The notes under the pieces are model-generated. The model was given only the letters and a program-made list of their open reading frames with translations, made no database searches and was not told the DNA's origin. Source: Antedon mediterranea (Eukaryota > Animalia > Echinodermata). From it: DNA of 64,000 nt. Position 1 is the first letter of the stretch. The number at the start of each line of letters is the position of its first letter. Where the stretch lies: contig NC_092677.1 of NCBI RefSeq assembly GCF_964355755.1, positions 20,916,101 to 20,980,100 on the forward strand, written 5' to 3'. This document shows, one piece after another, positions 40,984-56,558 of the stretch. The translations under genes and the position numbers were made by a program.

Positions 40984-43900
40984 GAAAAAACTTGTTAACA
41001 TAAAAACACCAAAGTGCTTAGAAAAGCTTCAAATCGCATTTGGAGACGTTTTAGACCATTTTGTGCATTTCGATGAAACTTTGTTACACAAAAACATCAA
41101 AGTGTACAGAATAGCTTCAAATCGCATTAGAAACCGTTTTAGACCATTTTGAGCATTTCGAAAAAACTTTTTCACACAAAACATCAAAGTGTACAAAATA
41201 GCTTCAAATCGCATTTGGAGACGTTTTAGACAATTTTGTGATTTTCGAAAAAACTTGTTTACATAAAAACACCAAAGTGCTAAGAATAGCTTCCAATCGC
41301 ATTTGGAGACGTTTTAGACCCTTTTGTGCATTTCGATGAAACTTGGTTACACAAAAACATCAAAGTGCTTAAAATCACATTAGAAACCGTTTTAGACCAT
41401 TTTGAGCATTTCGTTAAAATTTTTCACAGAAAAACATCAAAGAGCAAAAAATAGCTTAATATCGTATTTAAAAACGTTTTAGACCATTTTGAGCATTTCG
41501 ACAAAACTTTTTCACACAAAACATCAAAGTGTACAGAATAGCTTAATATCGCATTTGGAGACGTTTTAACCCATTTTGAGCATTTCGATAAAATTTTACA
41601 CACAAAAACATCAAAGTGCACAAAATAGCTTAATATGGTATTTAAAAACGTTTTAGAACATTTTGAGCATTTCAACAAAACTTTTTCTCACAAAACATCA
41701 AAGTGTACAGAATAGCTTCAAATCGCATTTGGAGACGTTTTAGACCATTTTGTGCATTTCGATGAAACTTGGTTACACAAAAACATCAAAGTGCTTAAAA
41801 TCACATTTTGAGCATTTCGTTAAAACTTTTCACACAAAAACATCAAAGAGTAAAAAATAGCTTAATATCGTATTTAAAAACGTTTTAGACCATTTTGAGC
41901 ATTTCGACAAAATTTTTTCACACAAAACATCAAAGTGTACAGAATAGCTTTAAATCGCATTTGGAGACGTTTTAGACCATTTTGTTAATTTCGATGAAAC
42001 AAAAACACAAAAACATCAAATTGCACAAAATGGCTTAATATGATATGGGAAAACGTTTTAGACCATTTTGAACATTTCGTTAAAAGTTTTCACACAAAAA
42101 CATCAAAGTCCACAAAATAGCTTAATATCGTATTTAAAAACGTTTTAGACCATTTTGAGCATTTCGAAAAAACTTTTTCACACAAAACATCAAAGTTTAC
42201 AAAATAGCTTCAAATCGCATTTGGAGACGTTTTAGACCATTTTGTGATTTTCGAAAAAACTTGTTAACATAAAAACACCAAAGTGCTCAGAATACCTTCA
42301 AATCGCATTTTGAGACGTTTTAGACCATTTTGTGATTTTCGAAAAAACTTGTTAACATAAAAACACCAAAGTGCTCAGAATACCTTCAAATCGTGTTTTG
42401 AGACGTTTTAGACCATTTTGTGATTTTCGAAAAAACTTGTTAACATAAAAACACCAAAGTGCTCAGAATACCTTCAAATCGCATTTTGAGACGTTTTAGA
42501 CCATTTTTTGATTTTCGAAAAAACTTGTTAACATAAAAACACCAAAGTGCTCAGAATACCTTCAAATCGTGTTTTGAGACGTTTTAGACCATTTTGTGAT
42601 TTTCGAAAAAACTTGTTAACATAAAAACACCAAAGTGCTTAGAAAAGCTTCAAATCGCATTTGGAGACGTTTTAGACCATTTTGTTCATTTCGATGAAAC
42701 TTGGTTACACAAAAACATCAAAGAGCACAAAAGATCTTAATATCGTATTTAAAAACATTTTAGACCATTTTGAGCATTTCGAAAAAACTTTTTCACACAA
42801 AACATCAAAGTGTACAAAATAGCTTCAAATCGCATTTTGAGACGTTTTAGACAATTTTGTGATTTTCGAAAAAACTTGTTTACATAAAAACACCAAAGTG
42901 CTTAGAAAAGCTTCAAATCGCATTTGGAGACGTTTTCAACCATTTTGTTCATTTCGATGAAACTTGGTTACACAAAAACATCAAAGAGCACAAAAGTATT
43001 TAAAAACGTTTTAGACCATTTTGAGCATTCCGTCAAAACTTTTTCACACAAAACATCAAAGTGTACAGAATAGCTTTAAATCGCATTTGGAGACGTTTTA
43101 GACCATTTTGTAGTTTTCGAAAAAACTTGTTAACATAAAAACACAAAAGAGCTTCAAATCGCATTTGGAGACGTTTTAGACCCTTTTGTGCATTTCGATG
43201 AAACTTGGTTACACAAAAACATCAAAGTGCTTAAAATCACATTTTGAGCATTTCGTTAAAACTTTTCACACAAAAACATCAAAGAGTAAAAAATAGCTTA
43301 ATATCGTATTTAAAAACGTTTTAGACCATTTTGAGCATTTCGACAAAATTTTTTCACACAAAACATCAAAGTGTACAGAATAGCTTTAAATCGCATTTGG
43401 AGACGTTTTAGACCATTTTGTTAATTTCGATGAAACAAAAACACAAAAACATCAAATTGCACAAAATGGCTTAATATGATATGGGAAAACGTTTTAGACC
43501 ATTTTGAACATTTCGTTAAAAGTTTTCACACAAAAACATCAAAGTCCACAAAATAGCTTAATATCGTATTTAAAAACGTTTTAGACCATTTTGAGCATTT
43601 CAAAAAAACTTTTTCACACAAAACATCAAAGTTTACAAAATAGCTTCAAATCGCATTTGGAGACGTTTTAGACCATTTTGTGATTTTCGAAAAAACTTGT
43701 TAACATAAAAACACCAAAGTGCTCAGAAAAGCTTCAAATCGCATTTGGAGACGTTTTAAACCATTTTGTTCATTTCGATGAAACTTGGTTACACAAAAAC
43801 ATCAAAGAGCACAAAAGTATTTAAAAACGTTTTAGACCATTTTGAGCATTCCGACAAAACTTTTTCACACAAAACATCAAAGTGTACAGAATAGCTTTAA

Positions 43901-46900
43901 ATCGCATTTGGAGACGTTTTAGACCATTTTGTAGTTTTCGAAAAAACTTGTTAACATAAAAACACAAAAGAGCTTCAAATCGCATTTGGAGACGTTTTAG
44001 ACCCTTTTGTGCATTTCGATGAAACTTGGTTACACAAAAACATCAAAGTGCTTAAAATCACATTAGAAACCGTTTTAGACCATTTTGAGCATTTCGTTAA
44101 AACTTTTCACACAAAAACATCAAAGTCCACAAAATAGCTTAATATCGTATTCAAAAACGTTTTAGACCATTTTGAGCATTTCGAAAAAACTTTTTCACAC
44201 AAAACATCAAAGTTTACAAAATAGCTTCAAATCGCATTTGGAGACGTTTTAGACCATTTTGTGATTTTCGAAAAAACTTGTTAACATAAAAACACCAAAG
44301 TGCTCAGAATACCTTCAAATCGCATTTTGAGACGTTTTAGACCATTTTGTGATTTTCGAAAAAACAACATAAAAACACCAAAGTGCTCAGAATACCTTCA
44401 AATCGCATTTGGAGACGTTTTAGACCATTTTGTGATTTTGGAAAAAACTTGTTAACATAAAAACACCAAAGTGCTTAGAAAAGCTTCAAATCGCATTTGG
44501 AGACGTTTTAGACCATTTTGTGCATTTCGATGAAACTTTGTTACACAAAAACATCAAAGTGTACAGAATAGCTTCAAATCGCATTAGAAACCGTTTTAGA
44601 CCATTTTGAGCATTTCGAAAAAACTTTTTCACACAAAACATCAAAGTGTACAAAATAGCTTCAAATCGCATTTGGAGACGTTTTAGACAATTTTGTGATT
44701 TTCGAAAAAACTTGTTTACATAAAAACACCAAAGTGCTAAGAATAGCTTCCAATCGCATTTGGAGACGTTTTAGACCCTTTTGTGCATTTCGATGAAACT
44801 TGGTTACACAAAAACATCAAAGTGCTTAAAATCACATTAGAAACCGTTTTAGACCATTTTGAGCATTTCGTTAAAATTTTTCACAGAAAAACATCAAAGA
44901 GCAAAAAATAGCTTAATATCGTATTTAAAAACGTTTTAGACCATTTTGAGCATTTCGACAAAACTTTTTCACACAAAACATCAAAGTGTACAGAATAGCT
45001 TAATATCGCATTTGGAGACGTTTTAACCCATTTTGAGCATTTCGATAAAATTTTACACACAAAAACATCAAAGTGCACAAAATAGCTTAATATGGTATTT
45101 AAAAACGTTTTAGAACATTTTGAGCATTTCAACAAAACTTTTTCTCACAAAACGTCAAAGTGTACAGAATAGCTTCAAATCGCATTTGGAGACGTTTTAG
45201 ACCATTTTGTGCATTTCGATGAAACTTGGTTACACAAAAACATCAAAGTGCTTAAAATCACATTTTGAGCATTTCGTTAAAACTTTTCACACAAAAACAT
45301 CAAAGAGTAAAAAATAGCTTAATATCGTATTTAAAAACGTTTTAGACCATTTTGAGCATTTCGACAAAATTTTTTCACACAAAACATCAAAGTGTACAGA
45401 ATAGCTTTAAATCGCATTTGGAGACGTTTTAGACCATTTTGTTAATTTCGATGAAACAAAAACACAAAAACATCAAATTGCACAAAATGGCTTAATATGA
45501 TATGGGAAAACGTTTTAGACCATTTTGAACATTTCGTTAAAAGTTTTCACACAAAAACATCAAAGTCCACAAAATAGCTTAATATCGTATTTAAAAACGT
45601 TTTAGACCATTTTGAGCATTTCGAAAAAACTTTTTCACACAAAACATCAAAGTTTACAAAATAGCTTCAAATCGCATTTGGAGACGTTTTAGACCATTTT
45701 GTGATTTTCGAAAAAACTTGTTAACATAAAAACACCAAAGTGCTCAGAATACCTTCAAATCGCATTTTGAGACGTTTTAGACCATTTTGTGATTTTCGAA
45801 AAAACTTGTTAACATAAAAACACCAAAGTGCTCAGAATACCTTCAAATCGTGTTTTGAGACGTTTTAGACCATTTTGTGATTTTCGAAAAAACTTGTTAA
45901 CATAAAAACACCAAAGTGCTCAGAATACCTTCAAATCGCATTTTGAGACGTTTTAGACCATTTTTTGATTTTCGAAAAAACTTGTTAACATAAAAACACC
46001 AAAGTGCTCAGAATACCTTCAAATCGTGTTTTGAGACGTTTTAGACCATTTTGTGATTTTCGAAAAAACTTGTTAACATAAAAACACCAAAGTGCTTAGA
46101 AAAGCTTCAAATCGCATTTGGAGACGTTTTAGACCATTTTGTTCATTTCGATGAAACTTGGTTACACAAAAACATCAAAGAGCACAAAAGATCTTAATAT
46201 CGTATTTAAAAACGTTTTAGACCATTTTGAGCATTTCGAAAAAACTTTTTCACACAAAACATCAAAGTGTACAAAATAGCTTCAAATCGCATTTTGAGAC
46301 GTTTTAGACAATTTTGTGATTTTCGAAAAAACTTGTTTACATAAAAACACCAAAGTGCTTAGAAAAGCTTCAAATCGCATTTGGAGACGTTTTAAACCAT
46401 TTTGTTCATTTCGATGAAACTTGGTTACACACAAACATCAAAGAGCACAAAAGTATTTAAAAACGTTTTAGACCATTTTGAGCATTCCGTCAAAACTTTT
46501 TCACACAAAACATCAAAGTGTACAGAATAGCTTTAAATCGCATTTGGAGACGTTTTAGACCATTTTGTAGTTTTCGAAAAAACTTGTTAACATAAAAACA
46601 CAAAAGAGCTTCAAATCGCATTTGGAGACGTTTTAGATCCTTTTGTGCATTTCGATGAAACTTGTTTACACAAAAACATCAAAGTGCTTAAAATCACATT
46701 TTGAGCATTTCGTTAAAACTTTTCACACAAAAACATCAAAGAGTAAAAAATAGCTTAATATCGTATTTAAAAACGTTTTAGACCATTTTGAGCATTTCGA
46801 CAAAATTTTTTCACACAAAACATCAAAGTGTACAGAATAGCTTTAAATCGCATTTGGAGACGTTTTAGACCATTTTGTTAATTTCGATGAAACAAAAACA

Positions 46901-47377
46901 CAAAAACATCAAATTGCACAAAATGGCTTAATATGATATGGGAAAACGTTTTAGACCATTTTGAACATTTCGTTAAAAGTTTTCACACAAAAACATCAAA
47001 GTCCACAAAATAGCTTAATATCGTATTTAAAAACGTTTTAGACCATTTTGAGCATTTCGAAAAAACTTTTTCACACAAAACATCAAAGTTTACAAAATAG
47101 CTTCAAATCGCATTTGGAGACGTTTTAGACCATTTTGTGATTTTCGAAAAAACTTGTTAACATAAAAACACCAAAGTGCTCAGAAAAGCTTCAAATCGTA
47201 TTTGGAGACGTTTTAAACCATTTTGTTCATTTCGATGAAACTTGGTTACACAAAAACATCAAAGAGCACAAAAGTATTTAAAACCGTTTTAGACCATTTT
47301 GAGCATTCCGACAAAACTTTTTCACACAAAACATCAAAGTGTACAGAATAGCTTTAAATCGCATTTGGAGACGTTTT
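40984..47377. repeat. Tandem duplication, period 3457 bp (second copy incomplete)
   Basis: ORF pairs 41029/44486 and 41424/44881; variants CCATTTTTTG (T-run at 42504/45961) and AAGATCTTAA at 42731/46188. Confidence 0.85.
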
Positions 47378-49219
47378 AACCCATTTTGAGCATTTCGATA
47401 AAATTTTACAAACAAAAACATCAAAGTGCACAAAATAGCTTAATATGGTATTTAAAAACGTTTTAGACCATTTTGAGCATTTCAACAAAACTTTTTCTCA
47501 CAAAACATCAAAGTGTACAGAAGAGCTTCAAATCGCATTTGGAGACGTTTTAGACCATTTTGTGCATTTCGATGAAACTTGGTTACATAAAAACATCAAA
47601 GTGCTTAAAATCACATTTTGAGTATTTCGTTAAAACTTTTCACACAAAAACATCAAAGTCCACAAAATAGCTTAATATCGTATTTAAAAACGTTTTAGAC
47701 CATTTTGAGCATTTCGAAAAAACTTTTCCACACAAAACATCAAAGTTTACAAAATAGCTTCAAATCGCATTTGGAGACGTTTTAGACCATTTTGTGATTT
47801 TCGTAAAAACTTGTTAACATAAAAACACCAAAGTGCTTAGAAAAGCTTCAAATCGAATTTGGAGACGTTTTAGACCATTTTGTGCATTTCGATGAAACTT
47901 GGTTACACAAAAACATCAAAGTGCTTAAAATCACATTTTGAACATTTCGTTAAAAGTTTTCACACAAAAACATCAAAGAGTAAAAAATAGCTTAATATCG
48001 TATTTAAAAACGTTTTAGACCATTTTGAGCATTTCGAAAAAACTTTTCCACACAAAACATCAAAGTTTACAAAATAGCTTCAAATCGCATTTGGAGACGT
48101 TTTAGACCATTTTGTGATTTTCGAAAAAACTTGTTAAAATAAAAACACCAAAGTGCTCAGAATACCTTCAAATCGCATTTGGAGACGTTTTAGACCATTT
48201 TGTGATTTTCGAAAAAACTTGTTAACATAAAAACACCAAAGTGCTCAGAAAAGCTTCAAATCGCATTTGGAGACGTTTTAAACCATTTTGTTCATTTCGA
48301 TGAAACTTGGTTACACAAAAACATCAAAGAGCACAAAAGTATTTAAAAACGTTTTAGACCATTTTGAGCATTCCGACAAAACTTTTTCACACAAAACATC
48401 AAAGTGTACAGAATAGCTTTAAATCGCATTTGGAGACGTTTTAGACAATTTTGTGATTTTCGAAAAAACTTGTTAACATAAAAACACCAAAGTGCTTAGA
48501 AAAGCTTCAAATCGCATTTGGAGACGTTTTAGACCATTTTGTGCATTTTGATGAAACTTGGTTACACAAAAACATCAAAGTGTACAGAATAGCTTCAAAT
48601 CGCATTAGAAACCGTTTTAGACCATTTTGAGCATTTCGAAAAAACTTTTTCACACAAAACATCAAAGTTTACAAAATAGCTTCAAATCGCATTTGGAGAC
48701 GTTTTAGACCATTTTGTGATTTTCGAAAAAACTTGTTAACATAAAAACACCAAAGTGCTCAGAATACCTTCAAATCGCATTTGGAGACGTTTTAGACCAT
48801 TTTGTGATTTTCGAAAAAACTTGTTAACATAAAAACACCAAAGTGCTTAGAAAAGCTTCAAATCGCATTTGGAGACGTTTTAGACCATTTTGTGCATTTC
48901 GATGAAACTTGGTTACACAAAAACATCAAAGTGTTTAAAATCACATTTTGAGCATTTCGTTAAAACTTTTCACACAAAAACATCAAAGAGCAAAAAATAG
49001 CTTAAAATCGTATTTAAAAACGTTTTAGACCATTTTGAGCATTTCGACAAAACTTTTTCACACAAAACATCAAAGTGTACAAAATAGCTTCAAATCGCAT
49101 TTGGAGACGTTTTAGACCATTTTGTGATTTTCGAAAAAACAACATAAAAACACCAAAGTGCTCAGAATACCTTCAAATCGCATTTGGAGACGTTTTAGAC
49201 CATTTTGTGATTTTGGAAA

Positions 49220-52200
49220 AAACTTGTTAACATAAAAACACCAAAGTGCTCAGAATACCTTCAAATCGTATTTTGAGACGTTTTAGACAATTTTGTGATT
49301 TTCGAAAAAACTTGTTAACATAAAAACACCAAAGTGCTTAGAAAAGCTTCAAATCGCATTTGGAGACGTTTTAGACCATTTTGTGATTTTCGAAAAAACT
49401 TGTTAACATAAAAACACCAAAGTGCTCAGAATACCTTCAAATCGTATTTTGAGACGTTTTAGACAATTTTGTGATTTTCGAAAAAACTTGTTAACATAAA
49501 AACACCAAAGTGCTTAGAAAAGCTTCAAATCGCATTTGGAGACGTTTTAGACCATTTTGTGCATTTCGATGAAACTTGGTTACACAAAAACATCAAAGTG
49601 CTTAAAATCACATTTTGAGCATTTCGTTAAAACTTTTCACACAAAAACATCAAAGAGCAAAAAATAGCTTAATATCGTATTTAAAAACGTTTTAGACCAT
49701 TTTGAGCATTTCGACAAAACTTTTTCACACAAAACATCAAAGTGTACAAAATAGCTTCAAATCGCATTTGGAGACGTTTTAGACAATTTTGTGATTTTCG
49801 AAAAAACTTGTTTACATAAAAACACCAAAGTGCTAAGAATAGCTTCCAATCGCATTTGGAGACGTTTTAGACCCTTTTGTGCATTTCGATGAAACTTGGT
49901 TACACAAAAACATCAAAGTGCTTAAAATCACATTAGAAACCGTTTTAGAACATTTTGAGCATTTCGTTAAAATTTTTCACAGAAAAACATCAAAGAGCAA
50001 AAAATAGCTTAATATCGTATTTAAAAACGTTTTAGACCATTTTGAGCATTTCGAAAAAACTTTTTCACACAAAACAACAAAGTGTACAGAATAGCTTCAA
50101 ATCGCATTTGGAGACGTTTTAACCCATTTTGAGCATTTCGATAAAATTTTACACACAAAAACATCAAAGTGCACAAAATAGCTTAATATGGTATTTAAAA
50201 ACGTTTTAGACCATTTTGAGCATTTCAACAAAACTTTTTCTCACAAAACATCAAAGTGTACAGAATAGCTTCAAATCGCATTTGGAGACGTTTTAGACCA
50301 TTTTGTGCATTTCGATGAAACTTGGTTACACAAAAACATCAAAGTGCTTAAAATCACATTTTGAGCATTTCGTTAAAACTCTTCACACAAAAACATCAAA
50401 GTCCACAAAATAGCCTAATATCGTATTTAAAAACGTTTTAGACCATTTTGAGCATTTCGAAAAAACTTTTCCACACAAAACATCAAAGTTTACAAAATAG
50501 CTTCAAATCGCATTTGGAGACGTTTTAGACCATTTTGTGATTTTCGAAAAAACTTGTTAACATAAAAACACCAAAGTGCTCAGAATACCTTCAAATCGCA
50601 TTTGGAGACGTTTTAGACCCTTTTGTGCATTTCGATGAAACTTGGTTACACAAAAACATCAAAGTGCTTAAAATCACATTAGAAACCGTTTTAGACCATT
50701 TTGAGCATTTCGTTAAAATTTTTCACAGAAAAACATCAAAGAGCAAAAAATAGCTTAATATCGTATTTAAAAACGTTTTAGACCATTTTGAGCATTTCGA
50801 CAAAACTTTTTCACACAAAACATCAAAGTGTACAGAATAGCTTCAAATCGCATTTGGAGACGTTTTAACCCATTTTGAGCATTTCGATAAAATTTTACAC
50901 ACAAAAACATCAAAGTGCACAAAATAGCTTAATATGGTATTTAAAAACGTTTTAGACCATTTTGAGCATTTCAACAAAACTTTTTCTCGCAAAACATCAA
51001 AGTGTACAGAATAGCTTCAAATCGCATTTGGAGACGTTTTAGACCATTTTGTGCATTTCGATGAAACTTGGTTACACAAAAACATCAAAGTGCTTAAAAT
51101 CACATTTTGAGCATTTCGTTAAAACTTTTCACACAAAAACATCAAAGTCCACAAAATAGCTTAATATCGTATTTAAAAACGTTTTAGACCATTTTGAGCA
51201 TTTCGAAAAAACTTTTCCACACAAAACATCAAAGTTTACAAAATAGCTTCAAATCGCATTTGGAGACGTTTTAGACCATTTTGTGATTTTCGAAAAAACT
51301 TGTTAACATAAAAACACCAAAGTGCTCAGAATACCTTCAAATCGTGTTTTGAGACGTTTTAGACCATTTTGTAATTTTCGAAAAAACTTGTTAACATAAA
51401 AACACCAAAGTGCTCAGAATACCTTAACATCGCATTTTGAGACGTTTTAGACCATTTTGTGATTTTCGAAAAAACTTGTTAACATAAAAACACCAAAGTG
51501 CTTAGAAAAGCTTGAAATCGCATTTGGAGACGTTTTAGACCATTTTGTGCATTTCGATGAAACTTGGTTAAAGTGCTTAAAATCACATTTTGAGCATTTC
51601 GTTAAAACTTTTCACACAAAAACATCAAAGAGTAAAAAATAGCTTAATATCGTATTTAAAAACGTTTTAGACCATTTTGAGCATTTCGACAAAATTTTTT
51701 CACACAAAACATCAAAGTGTACAGAATAGCTTTAAATCGCATTTGGAGACGTTTTAGACCATTTTGTTCATTTCGATGAAACAAAAACACAAAAACATCA
51801 AATTGCACAAAATGGCTTAATATGATATGGGAAAACGTTTTAGACCATTTTGAACATTTCGTTAAAAGTTTTCACAAAAAAACATCAAAGTCCACAAAAT
51901 AGCTTAATATCGTATTTAAAAACGTTTTAGACCATTTTGAGCATTTCGAAAAAACTTTTTCACACAAAACATCAAAGTTTACAAAATAGCTTCAAATCGC
52001 ATTTGGAGACGTTTTAGACCATTTTGTGATTTTCGAAAAAACTTGTTAACATAAAAACACCAAAGTGCTCAGAATACCTTCAAATCGCCTTTTGAGACGT
52101 TTTAGACCATTTTGTGAATTTCGAAAAAACTTGTTAACATAAAAACACCAAAGTGCTCAGAATACCTTCAAATCGTGTTTTGAGACGTTTTAGACCATTT

Positions 52201-55060
52201 TGTGATTTTGGAAAAACTTGTTAACATAAAAACACCAAAGTGCTCAGAATACCTTCAAATCGCATTCGGAGACGTTTTAGACCATTTTGTGATTTTCGAA
52301 AAAACTTGTTAACATAAAAACACCAAAGTGCTCAGAAAAGCTTCAAATCGCAATTGGAGACGTTTTAAACCATTTTGTTCATTTCGATGAAACTTGGTTA
52401 CACAAAAACATCAAATTGCACAAAATGGCTTAATATGGTATGGGAAAACGTTTTAGACCATTTTGAACATTTCGAGCAAACTTTTTCACACAAAACTTCA
52501 AAGTGTACAGAATAGCTTCAAATCGCATTAGAAACCGTTTTAGACCATTTTGAGCATTTCGAAAAAACTTTTTCACACAAAACATCAAAGTTTACAAAAT
52601 AGCTTCAAATCGCATTTGGAGACGTTTTAGACCATTTTGTGATTTTCGAAAAAACTTGTTAACATAAAAACACCAAAGTGCTCAGAATACCTTCAAATCG
52701 CATTTTGAGACGTTTTAGACCATTTTGTGATTTTCGAAAAAACTTGTTAACATAAAAATACCAAAGTGCTCTGAATACCTTCAAATCGTGTTTTGAGACG
52801 TTTTAGACCATTTTGTGATTTTCGAAAAAACTTGTTAACATAAAAACACCAAAGTGCTCAGAATACCTTCAAATCGCATTTGGAGACGTTTTAGACCATT
52901 TTGTGATTTTCGAAAAAACTTGTTAACATAAAAACACCAAAGTGCTCAGAAAAGCTTCAAATCGCATTTGGAGACGTTTTAAACCATTTTGTTCATTTCG
53001 ATGAAACTTGGTTACACAAAAACATCAAAGAGCACAAAAGTATTTAAAAACGTTTTAGACCATTTTGAGCATTCCGACAAAACTTTTTCACACAAAACAT
53101 CAAAGTGTACAGAATAGCTTTAAATCGCATTTGGAGACGTTTTAGACCATTTTGTAGTTTTCGAAAAAACTTGTTAACATAAAAACACAAAAGAGCTTCA
53201 AATCGCATTTGGAGACGTTTTAGACCCTTTTGTGCATTTCGATGAAACTTGGTTACACAAAAACATCAAAGTGCTTAAAATCACATTAGAAACCGTTTTA
53301 GACCATTTTGAGCATTTCGTTAAAACTTTTCACACAAAAACATCAAAGTCCACAAAATAGCTTAATATCGTATTCAAAAACGTTTTAGACCATTTTGAGC
53401 ATTTCGAAAAAACTTTTTCATACAAAACATCAAAGTTTACAAAATAGCTTCAAATCGCATTTGGAGACGTTTTAGACCATTTTGTGATTTTCGAAAAAAC
53501 TTGTTAACATAAAAACACCAAAGTGCTCAGAATACCTTCAAATCGCATTTTGAGACGTTTTAGACCATTTTGTGATTTTCGAAAAAACAACATAAAAACA
53601 CCAAAGTGCTCAGAATACCTTCAAATCGCATTTGGAGACGTTTTAGACCATTTTGTGATTTTGGAAAAAACTTGTTAACATAAAAACACCAAAGTGCTCA
53701 GAATACCTTCAAATCGTATTTTGAGACGTTTTAGACAATTTTGTGATTTTCGAAAAAACTTGTTAACATAAAAACACCAAAGTGCTTAGAAAAGCTTCAA
53801 ATCGCATTTGGAGACGTTTTAGACCATTTTGTGCATTTCGATGAAACTTTGTTACACAAAAACATCAAAGTGTACAGAATAGCTTCAAATCGCATTAGAA
53901 ACCGTTTTGGACCATTTTGAGCATTTCGAAAAAACTTTTTCACACAAAACATCAAAGTGTACAAAATAGCTTCAAATCGCATTTGGAGACGTTTTAGACA
54001 ATTTTGTGATTTTCGAAAAAACTTGTTTACATAAAAACACCAAAGTGCTAAGAATAGCTTCCAATCGCATTTGGAGACGTTTTAGACCCTTTTGTGCATT
54101 TCGATGAAACTTGGTTACACAAAAACATCAAAGTGCTTAAAATCACATTAGAAACCGTTTTAGACCATTTTGAGCATTTCGTTAAAATTTTTCACAGAAA
54201 AACATCAAAGAGCAAAAAATAGCTTAATATCGTATTTAAAAACGTTTTAGACCATTTTGAGCATTTCGACAAAACTTTTTCACACAAAACATCAAAGTGT
54301 ACAGAATAGCTTAATATCGCATTAGGAGACGTTTTAACCCATTTTGAGCATTTCGATAAAATTTTACACACAAAAACATCAAAGTGCACAAAATAGCTTA
54401 ATATGGTATTTAAAAACGTTTTAGAACATTTTGAGCATTTCAACAAAACTTTTTCTCACAAAACATCAAAGTGTACAGAATAGCTTCAAATCGCATTTGG
54501 AGACGTTTTAGACCATTTTGTGCATTTCGATGAAACTTGGTTACACAAAAACATCAAAGTGCTTAAAATCACATTTTGAGCATTTCGTTAAAACTTTTCA
54601 CACAAAAACATCAAAGAGTAAAAAATAGCTTAATATCGTATTTAAAAACGTTTTAGACCATTTTGAGCATTTCGACAAAATTTTTTCACACAAAACATCA
54701 AAGTGTACAGAATAGCTTTAAATCGCATTTGGAGACGTTTTAGACCATTTTGTTAATTTCGATGAAACAAAAACACAAAAACATCAAATTGCACAAAATG
54801 GCTTAATATGATATGGGAAAACGTTTTAGACCATTTTGAACATTTCGTTAAAAGTTTTCACACAAAAACATCAAAGTCCACAAAATAGCTTAATATCGTA
54901 TTTAAAAACGTTTTAGACCATTTTGAGCATTTCGAAAAAACTTTTTCACACAAAACATCAAAGTTTACAAAATAGCTTCAAATCGCATTTGGAGACGTTT
55001 TAGACCATTTTGTGATTTTCGAAAAAACTTGTTAACATAAAAACACCAAAGTGCTCAGAA
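49220..55060. repeat. Dispersed copy of ~34970-42290 lacking the 1489-bp duplication (offsets 14248, then 12759/12768)
   Basis: CTCTTCACAC 36131/50379 (14248); 13-bp deletion marker 38810/51569 and CTCTGAATAC 40012/52771 (12759); ORF 41029/53797 (12768). Confidence 0.8.
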
Positions 55061-56558
55061 AAGCTTCAAATCGCATTTGGAGACGTTTTAAACCATTTTG
55101 TTCATTTCGATGAAACTTGGTTACACAAAAACATCAAAGAGCACAAAAGTATTTAAAAACGTTTTAGACCATTTTGAGCATTCCGACAAAACTTTTTCAC
55201 ACAAAACATCAAAGTGTACAGAATAGCTTTAAATCGCATTTGGAGACGTTTTAACCCATTTTGAGCATTTCGATAAAATTTTACAAACAAAAACATCAAA
55301 GTGCACAAAATAGCTTAATATGGTATTTAAAAACGTTTTAGACCATTTTGAGCATTTCAACAAAACTTTTTCTCACAAAACATCAAAGTGTACAGAATAG
55401 CTTCAAATCGCATTTGGAGACGTTTTAGACCATTTTGTGCATTTCGATGAAACTTGGTTACACAAAAACATCAAAGTGCTTAAAATCACATTTTGAGCAT
55501 TTCGTTAAAACTTTTCACACAAAAACATCAAAGTCCACAAAATAGCTTAATATCGTATTTAAAAACGTTTTAGACCATTTTGAGCATTTCGAAAAAACTT
55601 TTCCACACAAAACATCAAAGTTTACAAAATAGCTTCAAATCGCATTTGGAGACGTTTTAGACCATTTTGTGATTTTCGTAAAAACTTGTTAACATAAAAA
55701 CACCAAAGTGCTTAGAAAAGCTTCAAATCGCATTTGGAGACGTTTTAGACCATTTTGTGCATTTCGATGAAACTTGGTTACACAAAAACATCAAAGTGCT
55801 TAAAATCACATTTTGAACATTTCGTTAAAAGTTTTCACACAAAAACATCAAAGAGTAAAAAATAGCTTAATATCGTATTTAAAAACGTTTTAGACCATTT
55901 TGAGAATTTCGAAAAAACTTTTCCACACAAAACATCAAAGTTTACAAAATAGCTTCAAATCGCATTTGGAGACGTTTTAGACCATTTTGTGATTTTCGAA
56001 AAAACTTGTTAACATAAAAACACCAAAGTGCTCAGAATACCTTCAAATCGCATTTGGAGACGTTTTAGACCATTTTGTGATTTTCGAAAAAACTTGTTAA
56101 CATAAAAACACCAAAGTGCTCAGAAAAGCTTCAAATCGCATTTGGAGACGTTTTAAACCATTTTGTTCATTTCGATGAAACTTGGTTACACAAAAACATC
56201 AAAGAGCACAAAAGTATTTAAAAACGTTTTAGACCATTTTGAGCATTCCGACAAAACTTTTTCACACAAAACATCAAAGTGTACAGAATAGCTTTAAATC
56301 GCATTTGGAGACGTTTTAGACAATTTTGTGATTTTCGAAAAAACTTGTTAACATAAAAACACCAAAGTGCTTAGAAAAGCTTCAAATCGCATTTGGAGAC
56401 GTTTTAGACCATTTTGTGCATTTTGATGAAACTTGGTTACACAAAAACATCAAAGTGTACAGAATAGCTTCAAATCGCATTAGAAACCGTTTTAGACCAT
56501 TTTGAGCATTTCGAAAAAACTTTTTTACACAAAACATCAAAGTGTACAAAATAGCTTC

